A stretch of DNA of 52,324 nucleotides from assembly GCA_002269645.1 (NCBI GenBank), contig NIVC01004268.1:1-52324 (forward strand), read 5' to 3'. The DNA comes from Macrostomum lignano. Taxonomy: Eukaryota. The translations under genes and the position numbers were made by a program. Positions 9,681-21,140 of this stretch are shown in pieces (the stretch's first letter is position 1; every line of letters begins with the position of its first letter). The notes beneath the pieces were generated by a model that made no database searches, was not told where the DNA came from, and saw only the letters and a list, made by a program, of their open reading frames with translations.

Positions 9681-12011
9681 GTGAATGCCGGATAGCTGGG
9701 GAGTACCCACCACCGGGAAGGAAAAGAAAAGAAAACCGGGGCAACTACAGGTAAAGACCGAAAAGTTGATCCGAAACACACAAACACAGACAAAACTCAC
9801 ACACTTGCGGCGTCGAAGAAAACAAATTGAAAAACGGGTGGCTCCACATAATTCCATTTAGGCAGTCCTAACGGCTTCACTCGGCAAAGCACACTGACTC
9901 AAACTGCGGCTACCACTACCAGTTGTCTATGGCACATCCTGACAGGGAAAAATTGGCTATTCAGAGAGACTTGACCTTCATTTTGCGGCCATGCTAGGGA
10001 ACCCAAATGCCGACCGTAAACGGACTTACGGCACCTGTACAAATTCTCCCCTAGGGTTGCGCGCCGGACCCCATTTCCTTAAGAAAGCTACTACGAAGAA
10101 GCGTTGGCGCCTGGACCCAAAAACCCAAGTGGCGGGAGCAATCCCCATGGAGGTCCTCCCACTTTACTGCCCTTGCACAGCCGGAAAACCGTCGGAGTCC
10201 AGTGGGGCTTCCACCTCAGGACTACCAATCTTGTACACGCAGCTTCACAAAAGGCGGGAATCCAGCTCCCCTACGTCTAGCAGAATCCACAAAAACCAAG
10301 ACCTCCCCCTTCTGTTCAGAGCGAAGGCGCGCAGCGGGAGTCCAGACTAAACTGTCCCCGAAGTTTTCAGGTTAGGCGGATTACAAGCCTGAAACTCTCG
10401 CCCGCTTTCCTAGGATAAACAGACCTAAGTGAGTATCTTCCTGAAATGCTTGCCCCTCCGATACTCCACCTTTGCTGCAGCTCGAAATAGCATACTTGGG
10501 ACCTTTATCTGATGGCGGAGAAAGTCCTACAGTTGTCAGCCTCTCCACTTTACTGTACTTGAACGCCCGGTTCTACCAGGAGACAGCGGTACCTCCATCT
10601 AGGTTATTCCAAGTTGCCAGAGACGTCAACCCGTCTTATTGACCTTGCGGGGCACTGGGGTGGCACTCTATGTACCGGGGCTTTACATTAGGGGACTGCA
10701 TGCAACCCTGCGTCTAAGCGCTTAGTGGGCTGCAGTGGCCAGAGGGGAAAAGAGTTGCGCAATAGCGCCTTCCTGGGCCAGGCTGACAAGTCGGGCAGGA
10801 GCGCCGTTCTACCGGGTCGGGCTGATTGGCACACCCACCTCCCCTATCAGACTGACAGCAGGGGGGAGGAATTACTAAAGGAGGAGAATGCAGCAGGAAA
10901 CATTACGAGATCACTGGGGGCCACCAGACTTCCAGTACACCATTCCAATACTCACTGAACTCCACTATCAATAGGATACTATGGGATCTACTATTTCCAG
11001 CCACTGCACCAGCCCAAATGCAACCAAAGCAGTTACTACCGGGTCTGCAATACAGTGGGGAGAGTCAGCAGACACGTTGGGATCGAATCCCAGCCATGAA
11101 GGCACCAGGGGTTACCGCAGAATTCAGGTCCGGGCTGATCGCAGGTATTCCATAGGAGGTGACACTTTTTTTAGCCCGAGATTTTTGAGTCACACTGATA
11201 CCCTACAGAGATACAATCACACCGCTATTCCCATTCCTGCGAGACTTTGGTATCCCCCAATGTTTCCAAGGCCATGACTACTGCTTCCCTTACTATGCAT
11301 ATATAGCGAGTTCCCCATAGCCCTTGATAGCTGTTCATTCTAATGGACAAACAAAACACGCTCCGGTCTCTACGCATTTCTAGGATTAACTGAGCGATCA
11401 GGGAGAGCGACTGTTACACTCCCCCGAGTAAAAGAAAGAGGTAGGACAAAGGAAAGAAATGCTTCGCTTCCAGCTTCCCTGTGCTTGCGTGATGAGGCTT
11501 CCGTACCTGGCTGGCTGTCCACCTCAACACTCACACAGTTCTGCTGTAGGCTAGGCGAGAGAAAGAAAGGGAGGGGAAATAAAGCATATTACCATGAAAT
11601 AGAAAGTGAGTCCGGAAAATTCACTTTCGCAGTTCTTCACACACTCCGTTACCAGGTAGCTATTCTGATTGTAATCAAATCCGCTCGTCTACCACTTCAC
11701 ACTTTCTAGCGCTGAAACTGATCGGCTAAATTAATTTTAAATTGAATCAGGGGCTTTTGGCGAATGAATGAATTTGGAAATTTCGAATGAATTGAACGAA
11801 TTCGCAGCCCGAAAAATTTGAAAAGTTACATTAATATTTTTGGATTTTGTTGCCTCACGCCATGGGAGAAGAGAATGACGATTGGCGATTTTTACGATTG
11901 GTAGATTTAGACATGGCACTCTTTGCGCTTCGGCCACCATTCTGAGGGATGCCACAGGTGCGCTTGTCACATCTAAACCACCAGTCCGAAACTCAGCGCT
12001 GTTTGCACCAG

Positions 12012-12029
12012 ATCCCACCGCTGCCACCA
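12012..12029 (-). other. Primer-binding site, tRNA-Leu
   Basis: TGGTGGCAGCGGTGGGAT is complementary to the 3' 18 nt (ATCCCACCGCTGCCACCA) of metazoan tRNA-Leu; 3 nt from the LTR end. Confidence 0.9.
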
Positions 12030-12032
12030 TTT

Positions 12033-14244
12033 TGATGTAACCGCCCTTGTCGCCTGTCCGCTCCGTAGAGAGACGAACGCATGACTAGAGGGGGCAATGA
12101 CCGTAGGCTGCCTATGACCGGGCAATGACCTGACGGACCTCCAGCACCAGACTGTCCCGCCCACATGATTAGTAGCTTTGGTAGCGCTTCGTGACCAGAG
12201 GGCCAAGGACCCACATGGACCCCACCTGTAGCCAAGGTGCAATAGTTGGTCACTCGGTCATAGTATGACCGAGTGGCTGCCACCACTCTATGTGACCTGG
12301 CGCACCTGGATCTTTCTACCAGACCTCTCGAGGCTAGAGCCCCGCCTGGATTGGTTACCAGGGGATTTAGGCTAACAGGGGAGACGCATGCAGCCGAGTA
12401 CAGGGACTCTGCTTGGGGCATGATCGGGAACTCTGGGCTCAATCCTGGAGGATTTCTCAGCAGGGGATCCTTTGTGGCTGTGAGCGAGGCTGACTTGCGA
12501 CTTTGATTACTAAGAGTAGTATGAGGCGAACATGTACTGTCTACAGTTTAGATTGCTCAGGGCGAAGGGACGCGTTAGCATGGGGTTGCAACCTTCCTAC
12601 TGCCATTCTGTGCCAAGACTCGCTAATCCCTCTACTGCACGCACACGCGGCCCCGCAGCACGCACTCACAGGCGGGCTTTGCACGGGGAGAGGCCATTAG
12701 CTTACCCAAACTTCCTTATGCTTTGCCACCCGGGAGAAAGGCTTAGCAAGCCATGAGTGAAATGATGGTGAAAGATTGAATAATGATGAAGTTAGTTAAT
12801 AGTTAATAATTAGGCCCTTAGGCAAATAAGCAGGCAATTAGGCGGCTTCACTATTGAGTAAAATACAGCAAAAGATACGGTATCACAATTGGCTCAGCTC
12901 TCTAATCAGACAATGGAAAATAGGCAAACCCCGGATAAGCAAAGGCAATTAGAGCACAAATTAGTAGTAGGAACTTACCGGCAGCTGCACAGAGAGAGAG
13001 AGAGGCGGAGTGACCGAGGGCGGCTGTAGGCTGCAGTCAGGCAGACGGTGAAGCGGCGATGCGCTGGAGCGACGAGGCGCTGATGTAGATCAGGCGATGC
13101 TGATGATGCGGGCGGTATCAGACCGCTGGCCGATAGGCGAGCTCACTTGGGGAGCTAAGGATAACTTGGCGGTAACAGACCGCGGCCGGCAGGGATTCGT
13201 CTTATAGACGAATGGGTCAGAACTCAATCTGACAGCAAGTCCAAAGAAGGACGAGGAGAGGAACAGAGATAAACTCAGTTGAGTATTCTCATGCCGAAAT
13301 CGCTTCCTTTTATAGACCTCACAGCCGCCTCCTCAAGGTCGTTACCATGGCTCCCTCTCTCTGATTGGCTGCCGGCAGAATGACGTCAGAATGAGTCATG
13401 ATGAGAAGCATGAGACCGGCATAGCAACATGAGAAATCGGGAAATTGCGCAATCCGGAGGTGGGGTGGGGGATAATTGGCGCAGCGGGTGGTCGCGAAAG
13501 TGTTGCGCAAGCAAACATTGAGAACAATAGGGCTGGGGTCGAGAACAAAGGAATTGGAAATCGGGGATAATTGGGGAAAACTGAGAACAATGGAAAAGTA
13601 AACATTGGAGAAAAGGTGATAATTAGGTGCGAAAACGAGAACAAAAGAAAGAGAAAATCGGAGAAAATGTGATAATTGGTGGGGGTCGAGAGAACAAAAG
13701 AAGCAAAAACGAGAACAATAGAAGCGGAGGTGGGGTGGGTGTCACATGAGAAATTTGGGAAGGAGAACAATAGCGTGAGAAAAGGTTGCGCAAGAGAGGG
13801 GGATGAGTCATCGATGAGTCACCGAGGGGGAGAAGGGGTCACACGACTTGCGTCACCGTTTGGGAGTTTGAGAGGGGATGGGGAGACGGTGAGCACACAA
13901 AGTACTGTAAGTAGACACAGGGAAAGAGGGGACAGCGCAGGAAAAGAGTGCAGAGGGAGACAAAAAAGGAGGAGGTAGAGAAAGTACAGGAAGAATAGGG
14001 CGGGAACAGAAGAGATAGGGTAGAGGGGGAGGTACAGAAAGGGGTAGGGGCTCCGGAAAGGCAGGTGTGGCGGCAGGAGAGACGGGACCAAGGCAGCAAG
14101 AGAGGTGCAGCAGAGCGGGAGTCTCCAGGCCCGGTCGGAGACCTGGCCGAGTCTCGACAGCTCTGTGCAGAGGGTGCACGGGATAGGAGGCACTTTCGAA
14201 AAAGTTCCCATGCCCTATCCCGCGACCAGAGCGTGGTTACATCA
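12033..14244 (-). repeat. 5' LTR (2212 bp)
   Basis: Matches 1120-3330 with about ten differences seen by eye, mostly homopolymer indels. Confidence 0.95.
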
Positions 14245-14758
14245 CATCAACGAGTTATTACATGTATACGTATACATTAGTTCAATATACGAGCATTTAT
14301 ATATTCTAAAAATCAGAATGGCACCCAGTTTGAATGACAGATTTCGGCCATTTTTTACAAGCTCTTTATTTATCTGCATGTACGTTTACCTGCAGCCTGC
14401 AGGCAGATAAACACAGTTCTGCTCAAGCCCGACTGCACTCCCACATGTAAGCAGGCTACTAGAGTGCAATACACACAACAGTTACGCGTAAAAACAGAGC
14501 CAAGTATTGAGTTCCTCACCGCCTTGCGTACAGTGTACTCGTAGATACATGCAATTAAGCCACGCCAACAAAATGATAATGAATGCAGTCAAAAAATGTC
14601 TGACACTCAAACAGTACAACTCTGATAAGAGATTTCCTTAAAAAATGCATGGATCGAGCCCTTGCATTTGTAAAAGCATGATTCAAAGACAGTCAAAAAA
14701 AACAGAACTACATGTAAGTCCAAAGCCGAAAACAACTTACTAGCAAAAAGTAACTGCA

Positions 14759-16531
14759 ATGGCATTTGCATGCAGAAAACTGCCTGAGCCGATCAAACGA
14801 CACTGGCGAGTCCTGCCGCTGCTGCTGGCGCCGGTGCTGCTGTCGCCACTGCTGACGATGGGCTCCGAGAAGGCCCGCTGCGCCTACCTGCTGCTGCTGA
14901 TGGCCACCTACTGGGTGCTGGAGCTGCTGCCGCTGAGCCTCACCGCCGTGCTGCCCTTCTTCCTCGGTCCGCTGCTGCGCATCGGCACCTGTCATGAGCT
15001 CGCCAAGTCCTACTTCACCGACATCCACTTCCTCATGATTGGCGGCGTCATGCTGTCCGTGGCCATGGAGGACACAGGACTCAGCCGTCGGTTCGCCCTT
15101 CGAACTGTGGCGCTGCTGGGAACGCGGCCGCGCTGGCTGCTGCTCGGCTTCATGCTGCCCTCCTGGCTCATGTCCATGTGGATGAGCAACACCGGCACCA
15201 CCATCCTCATGTTCCCCTTCGTGATGGCGGCAATCGCCGAAACAGAGAAGGCTACCGAGCAGCTGCAGGACGCCCCTGATCGAGAGTCGCTCGCGCTCGA
15301 CCAGCGAGAAAAGCACCCTACAGCGACTGACTGCGAAGGCGCCGCTGCAGAGCCTCCGCCGCCGTGCGAGGACGGCCTGGACTCCAACACTGTCGGCAAG
15401 ACGCGTCACAAAACACACACTCGAAGCCACGCAGTCTGCTACTGTCTCTCCGTGGCCTACGCCTGCAACGTAGGCGGAGTGGCCACTCTGATCGGCACCG
15501 GAACCAACCTCGTGCTCGTCGGACAACTCCAGCAGATCTACCGCGTCTCCAATGTGGTCACCTTCTCCAACTGGATGGCCTTTAGCTTGCCGTTGTCGCT
15601 GTTCAGCCTGTTGCTCATCTGGTTGCTGCTCCAGCTTGTTTTTGTTGGTCCGCGCGACACCTTTAACTGGCGCTCGCAGTCGGCCGAACAGAAGCGACAG
15701 GAGGCTCGGGTGAAGCTCTACTTCCACCAGCAGCTGGAGGCTCTCGGGTCAGTTTCGTTCGCCGAGTGGGCCACCATGGCCGCTTTTCCGTGCGTACTGC
15801 TGCTCCTGCTGACAGGCAAGCTGACCTCCAGCTTCGGCTGGCACTACCTGTTCGGCTCCGTCAACGACAAGCCGGTCGTGTCCGACGCCACCGGAATGCT
15901 GCTGGTCGCTCTGCTGCTCACTCTGATCCCCAACCCCGACCTGACCGAGGAGCACGGACCGACCAACAGTCTGGGATATCGAGCCGTCGCTCGGTGGGAT
16001 CGAGTCCTGCTCAAGATCCCGCTCGACATCATGCTGCTCATCGGAGGAGGCCTCGCTCTAGCCAAGCTCACTAAGGACACCAAGCTGTCAGAGACCATCG
16101 GGTCCGCGCTGACTCCCACACTGCAGGCGCTGCCCACCGAGCTGACGCTGCTGCTGCTCAGCTTCTGCGTCATCTGGCTCACGGAAGTCACCTCCAACAT
16201 GGCCACCGCCTCCGTCCTGCTGCCCATAGTAGCCCAGATCGCCGCCTGTCTCGGACACAATCCGCTGCTGTTCATGGTCTCGCTCACCGTCACCTGCTCG
16301 TTCGCGTTCTGCCTACCGACCGCCACACCGCCAAATGCCATCGTGTTCGGCAGCGGCCGGGTCAGCATTCCCAGCATGGCCAAGGCCGGTCTCGTGCTCA
16401 ATCTGGTTTTCTCGACTATTGTGCCGTTCTACACGATGCTAGTGGGTCGTTGGGTGTACAGCGTACACGAACTCCCTGAGTGGGCTGAGACCTCGTCGAG
16501 CTTGTGTGCCAACGAGACGTTTTCGGGATAA
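14759..16531 (+). CDS. SLC13: SLC13/INDY-family Na+-coupled di/tricarboxylate or sulfate transporter, copy A, intronless
   Basis: 590 aa, multi-TM; motifs SMWMSNTGT, TEVTSNMAT, FCLPTATPPNAIVF. Confidence 0.92.
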   Translation: MAFACRKLPEPIKRHWRVLPLLLAPVLLSPLLTMGSEKARCAYLLLLMATYWVLELLPLSLTAVLPFFLGPLLRIGTCHELAKSYFTDIHFLMIGGVMLSVAMEDTGLSRRFALRTVALLGTRPRWLLLGFMLPSWLMSMWMSNTGTTILMFPFVMAAIAETEKATEQLQDAPDRESLALDQREKHPTATDCEGAAAEPPPPCEDGLDSNTVGKTRHKTHTRSHAVCYCLSVAYACNVGGVATLIGTGTNLVLVGQLQQIYRVSNVVTFSNWMAFSLPLSLFSLLLIWLLLQLVFVGPRDTFNWRSQSAEQKRQEARVKLYFHQQLEALGSVSFAEWATMAAFPCVLLLLLTGKLTSSFGWHYLFGSVNDKPVVSDATGMLLVALLLTLIPNPDLTEEHGPTNSLGYRAVARWDRVLLKIPLDIMLLIGGGLALAKLTKDTKLSETIGSALTPTLQALPTELTLLLLSFCVIWLTEVTSNMATASVLLPIVAQIAACLGHNPLLFMVSLTVTCSFAFCLPTATPPNAIVFGSGRVSIPSMAKAGLVLNLVFSTIVPFYTMLVGRWVYSVHELPEWAETSSSLCANETFSG

Positions 16532-17861
16532 TCTTTAATCTTTTATTATTGTTGGTTGCTGCATAGCAAGTAGATATCTTTACTGTTCCAATGTTTCAGC
16601 AAGATACGAGTTTGCACTGATTTATACACGCCATCATCTTTAGTTATGCACTTAAACAGATATATAGAGCATCATGCCTTTACCTATATGTACCTTGTCA
16701 GTATTTGTTATTGTTTCATATACTATAGCTACAGTATAGAATTCTGCGGCTCTAAAATAACTTTTCTTTAGAAGATACAGAAACTTGTGTTCATTGGTTA
16801 GGGTTTGGAATTAGGGTTCAAATTAGAGTTATAGTTCAGTTCGGTTTAATGTTGAAAAGGTTTGGGGCTAGTGCTAAATTAGCAGCAAAATTCCAGAGGT
16901 TAAATGTAGCCCGGCAGTTAAATTGCGGCAGTCGATTTTCATAGGACCGAAAATGTCATTGTTGTTTGACGGCATCCTTGCAACGTGAAAACGTCCATGA
17001 CACGGCAAGTTGGACCAGCAACAACAACGACGACAACAATGAGGACGACCGCAGCAACAAATACAAATACAACCCACAAATGAAAGGAGAGATAAGATGG
17101 TTAACACCAAGTAGACGACGAGAACAGACTAAAATATTAGTGTGACTATGACGGCTACTGCAAGATATGTCTTAGCAAAGTCAGACTGGCTCTCCAACAG
17201 ATCAAGAGAATGCACAGAAAGGCGAGCAAAGCGATAGTCTTTCTCTGTGAGAAATTCCAACTAGACCTTCCGGAAAGAAGTCAACATGAAGAACGAAACA
17301 AAATACACCTAGGTGAGACACGGAAAAGTACAACAACAATCAAATGCAACACATGCAGCAAATTATCAACAAGACGAACACAGCTCGACATCGTAGGGCA
17401 TGCGAAAGGACAGCAATACCAATGCACAATATCAACCAGTAGAACACAACAAAAGCCCGAAAGTACCAAGCCAAGAGAAAGACATGCGAACTCTGCGGCC
17501 GGGAACTAGCTAGCGGCAACAAATACGCTCGTATAGCACGACGGAGGAGAATGTGCAAGTCACGATACTACAACGGCTAAGGTCCTACGCCTCGCGACGA
17601 CAAAAGGGATGAAGGAAAAAAGACAACTAAACTATATTTTAAATGACAATATTTTCTGAGTATACAAAAATAGCCTAGCGCATAAATTTTTCTTCATGCG
17701 CCAAGCTCAAAAAAGTTTTTTGTGTTGCATTATCGATCGACTACGTTTTTGATAAGTTTGAAAGACTGAACGATGCGTATCACGCAGTGTAGTTCTGATA
17801 CGCAACATTGCAGGACAATGGTCCTGCACCATGTTCAGCATTCAGGTCTGTCTGGACGACC

Positions 17862-18078
17862 TCCGAGACCTTCAACGGAGTGCCACCACGCGACCCTGAC
17901 GAGCGAACACCCCAACATCGTGATCTGTAACTGTCCAATTTAACATGGTGCAAAAGCATTGTACTTCAAAAGTATAATATGCAAACATGCCTAGTTTGGT
18001 GCCTTGATAGAAAAATCACAATGTTGGGGGTGCCAGCTTGTCAGAGCCGCGTGGTGGCACTCCGTTGAAGGTCCCGAA
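17862..18078. repeat. Imperfect ~65-bp inverted repeat, ~90-bp spacer (MITE-like)
   Basis: GACCTTCAACGGAGTGCCACCACGCG (17867-17892) vs its reverse complement at 18048-18073; weaker similarity extends inward. Confidence 0.75.
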
Positions 18079-18658
18079 GGTTGCCTGTATGTCTACAGGT
18101 CAGTCTAGAAGGTCGCCACCGTTCATTTTATTCACCGATTATCTCTACAGAATGAATGCTGCATGCAGAAGAGGATTCTTCGATTTCAGTTTTGGGAACG
18201 TAACCGCCTATGAGATGCCGATCGGGTGCTTTTGTTGAAGGTTGCGACGGTCGCCGCCGATGCTCCAGACGGTGATGAAGGGGACCCTGGTGCCTGGGAT
18301 GCTGAGAAAAAAGGCCTTTACGACAGATGGACTCAGATTATTGAGCCACCACGGATTCACCATAAAGGTTTATACAGTGTAGTGTTGGTTGTCCTTGCCA
18401 CCAGTGTCTTCGACAAGAAGCGTTGAATATCTTGACGATGCTGACGTCGGATGACTTTGAAAATTAATTGGTCGGAAAGGGCGGAAAATTTTGATCCATA
18501 TGGTGGACTTTTACGAAAATTGGTAATTCGGTTTGAGAGAAATCGTGAAATTGGTCGTGTGTATTTGTAATACACCCCCGTGGTCTTTCCCCATGGGGAA
18601 AAATAGCGTGGTCTTTCTACTGTTAAGAACCCTGTAATTAAATTTTAAATCTCAGTAA

Positions 18659-18880
18659 GGGTTGTGGCTTAGTTGTTAGATCGTCGGACTGACGACTGAA
18701 AGGTCGGAGGTTTGATTCTCGAAACAGTTTGTGTCCTTCAACAAGACACTTTGCATTGACTTTGCAAAACTTTTCATTGCTTCAGTTCAACCAGCTTAAA
18801 AATGGGTACCAGCATTAGCTAAGATAATTGAGGGCGTGTGGCGACCCCCCACCAGTCCTTGGACTGAACAGCTATGTACG
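18659..18880 (+). mobile_element. tRNA-derived SINE with CORE-like central domain
   Basis: A-box TGGCTTAGTTG, B-box GGTTTGATTC, then TGTGTCCTT..CAAGACACTT and AAATGGGTACC motifs; 3' end uncertain. Confidence 0.6.
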
Positions 18881-19361
18881 CAGCCTTCAGATGCGCCGCG
18901 CAATAGCTGCGGCTGGCCTGCCGGTTGCACATCTGCCCATTAGGGCAGGTGCATTCAATTATTTAAAAAATTTATTATTACTTAATTTTGAGTCATCCTA
19001 CTTTATTGCCGACTAATGCAGAGACACTATTGGATAGAACAGTTACTTCTGGCGGTCCATGTTTTAGTCTGTCTCAGGCACAAATGGTTTTTAAAAAAGA
19101 ATATTATTCGTACCTTTTTTGTAGTTTTGCTTTTCATTGAGTAAAAACCAAAGATAAATAGAAATTACCTATAGGACTTCTAAGTCACACCTGCTTCAAG
19201 CAACTGCTGTGTGACAAATAGCCAGACGGAAAAAAACTACTCTGACAAAATCAGTATACTTAAGGATAAGAGAAATTCATCTAACCGCTTTAAGCTGCAA
19301 ATTAAAGAAATTCGAGTTTAAAGTTTGAACTACGAAGCCCTATACTCAATAATACGGCGTA

Positions 19362-21140
19362 CTAACCACCCAGCTTTGTAGAGTTTATGTAGTTACTCGA
19401 CGTTTGATTGCTGCCGGAGCAGGAAGTCGACGAAGACTCCGCCCACTTGGGCAATTCGTGCACGCTGTATACCCAACTACCGACTAACAAAGCGTACAGA
19501 GGAATAAAAACCGAGAAAACCAGATTGAGCACGAGACCGGCCTTGGCCATGCTGGGAATGCTGACCCGGCCGCTGCCGAACACGATGGCATTTGGCGGTG
19601 TGGCGGTCGGTAGGCAGAACGCGAACGAGCAGGTGACGGTGAGCGAGACCATGAACAGCAGCGGGTTGTGTCCGAGACACGCGGCGATCTGGGATACTAT
19701 GGGCAGCAGGACGGAGGCGGTGGCCATGTTGGAGGTGACTTCCGTGAGCCAGATGACGCAGAAGCTGAGCAGCAGCAGCGTCAGCTCGGTGGGCAGCGCC
19801 TGCAGTGTGGGAGTCAGCGCGGACCCGATGGTCTCTGACAGCTTGGTGTCCTTAGTGAGCTTGGCTAGAGCGAGGCCTCCTCCGATGAGCAGCATGATGT
19901 CGAGCGGGATTTTGAGCAGGACTCGATCCCACCGAGCGACGGCTCGATATCCCAGACTGTTGGTCGGTCCGTGCTCCTCGGTCAGGTCGGGGTTGGGGAT
20001 CAGAGTGAGCAGCAGAGCGACCAGCAGCATTCCGGTGGCGTCGGACACGACCGGCTTGTCGTTGACGGAGCCGAACAGGTAGTGCCAGCCGAAGCTGGAG
20101 GTCAGCTTGCCCGTCAGCAGGAGCAGCAGCACGCACGGAAAAGCGGCCATGGTGGCCCACTCGGCGAACGAAACTGACCCGAGAGCCTCCAGCTGCTGGT
20201 GGAAGTAGAGCTTCACCCGAGCTTCCTGTCGCTTCTGCTCGGCCGACTGTGAGCGCCAGTTGAAGGTGTCGCGCGGACCAACAAAGACAAGCTGGAGCAG
20301 CAACCAGATGAGCAACAGGCTGAACAGCGACAACGGCAAGCTGAAGGCCATCCAGTTGGAGAAGGTGACCACATTGGAGACGCGGTAGATCTGCTGGAGT
20401 TGTCCGACGAGCACGAGGTTGGTTCCGGTGCCGATCAGAGTGGCCACTCCGCCTACGTTGCAGGCGTATGCCACGGAGAGACAGTAGCAGACAGCGTGGC
20501 TTCGAGTGTGTGTTTTGTGTCGCGTCTTGCCGACAGTGTTGGAGTCCAGACTGTCCTCGCACGGCGGTGCAGGCTCTGCAGCGGCGCCTTCGCAGTCGGT
20601 CGCTGCAGGGTGCTTTTCTCGCTGGTCGAGCGCGAGCGACTCTCGATCAGGGGCGTCCTGCAGCTGCTCGGTAGCCTTCTCCGTCTCGGCGATTGCCGCC
20701 ATCACGAAGGGTAACATGAGGATGGTGGTGCCGGTGTTGCTCATCCACATGGACATGAGCCAGGAGGGCAGCATGAAGCCGAGCAGCAGCCAGCGCGGCC
20801 GCGTTCCCAGCAGCGCCACAGTTCGAAGGGCGAACCGACGGCTGAGTCCTGTGTCCTCCATGGCCACGGACAGCATTACGCCGCCAATCATGAGGAAGTG
20901 GATGTCGGTGAAGTAGGACTTGGCGAGCTCATGACAGGTGCCGATGCGCAGCAGCGGACCGAGGAAGAAGGGTAGCACGGCGGTGAGGCTCAACGGCAGC
21001 AGCTCCAGCACCCAGTAGGTGGCCATCAGCAGCAGCAGGTAGGCGCAGCGGGCCTTCTCGGAGCCCATCGTCAGCAGTGGCGACAGCAGCACCGGCGCCA
21101 GCAGCAGCGGCAGGACTCGCCAGTGCCGTTTCAGCTGCAT
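19362..21140 (-). CDS. SLC13: SLC13 transporter copy B, intronless, inverted relative to copy A
   Basis: Core differs from copy A at 5 aa; first ATG 21140 (MQLKRHW); frame open from 21224. Confidence 0.92.
   Translation of the reverse strand: MQLKRHWRVLPLLLAPVLLSPLLTMGSEKARCAYLLLLMATYWVLELLPLSLTAVLPFFLGPLLRIGTCHELAKSYFTDIHFLMIGGVMLSVAMEDTGLSRRFALRTVALLGTRPRWLLLGFMLPSWLMSMWMSNTGTTILMLPFVMAAIAETEKATEQLQDAPDRESLALDQREKHPAATDCEGAAAEPAPPCEDSLDSNTVGKTRHKTHTRSHAVCYCLSVAYACNVGGVATLIGTGTNLVLVGQLQQIYRVSNVVTFSNWMAFSLPLSLFSLLLIWLLLQLVFVGPRDTFNWRSQSAEQKRQEARVKLYFHQQLEALGSVSFAEWATMAAFPCVLLLLLTGKLTSSFGWHYLFGSVNDKPVVSDATGMLLVALLLTLIPNPDLTEEHGPTNSLGYRAVARWDRVLLKIPLDIMLLIGGGLALAKLTKDTKLSETIGSALTPTLQALPTELTLLLLSFCVIWLTEVTSNMATASVLLPIVSQIAACLGHNPLLFMVSLTVTCSFAFCLPTATPPNAIVFGSGRVSIPSMAKAGLVLNLVFSVFIPLYALLVGSWVYSVHELPKWAESSSTSCSGSNQTSSNYINSTKLGG

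Larger units (their letters stand above)
1120..14244 (-). mobile_element. Full-length, recently inserted non-autonomous Ty3/Gypsy-like LTR element (gag-pro, no RT/RH/IN, accessory ORFs)
   Basis: Two ~2.2-kb direct repeats with TGATGTAACC...GGTTACATCA termini; TSD CATC at 1116-1119 and 14245-14248; tRNA-Leu PBS next to the right LTR; Gag-like and protease ORFs; no RT/RNase H/integrase motifs seen in any internal frame. Confidence 0.93.

Noticed and set aside
9900-12000. Possible decayed pol in the element's 5' leader
   Set aside because: Short coding-looking stretches but no RT, RNase H or IN motif in frames read by eye; needs a profile search
18659-18725. tRNA gene
   Set aside because: A and B boxes present but no full cloverleaf; continues into a SINE body
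14708-20916. Long antisense ORFs over SLC13 (for example 14708-15727)
   Set aside because: Shadow frames of GC3-rich coding sequence; the same applies to ORFs opposite the GPCR and pol
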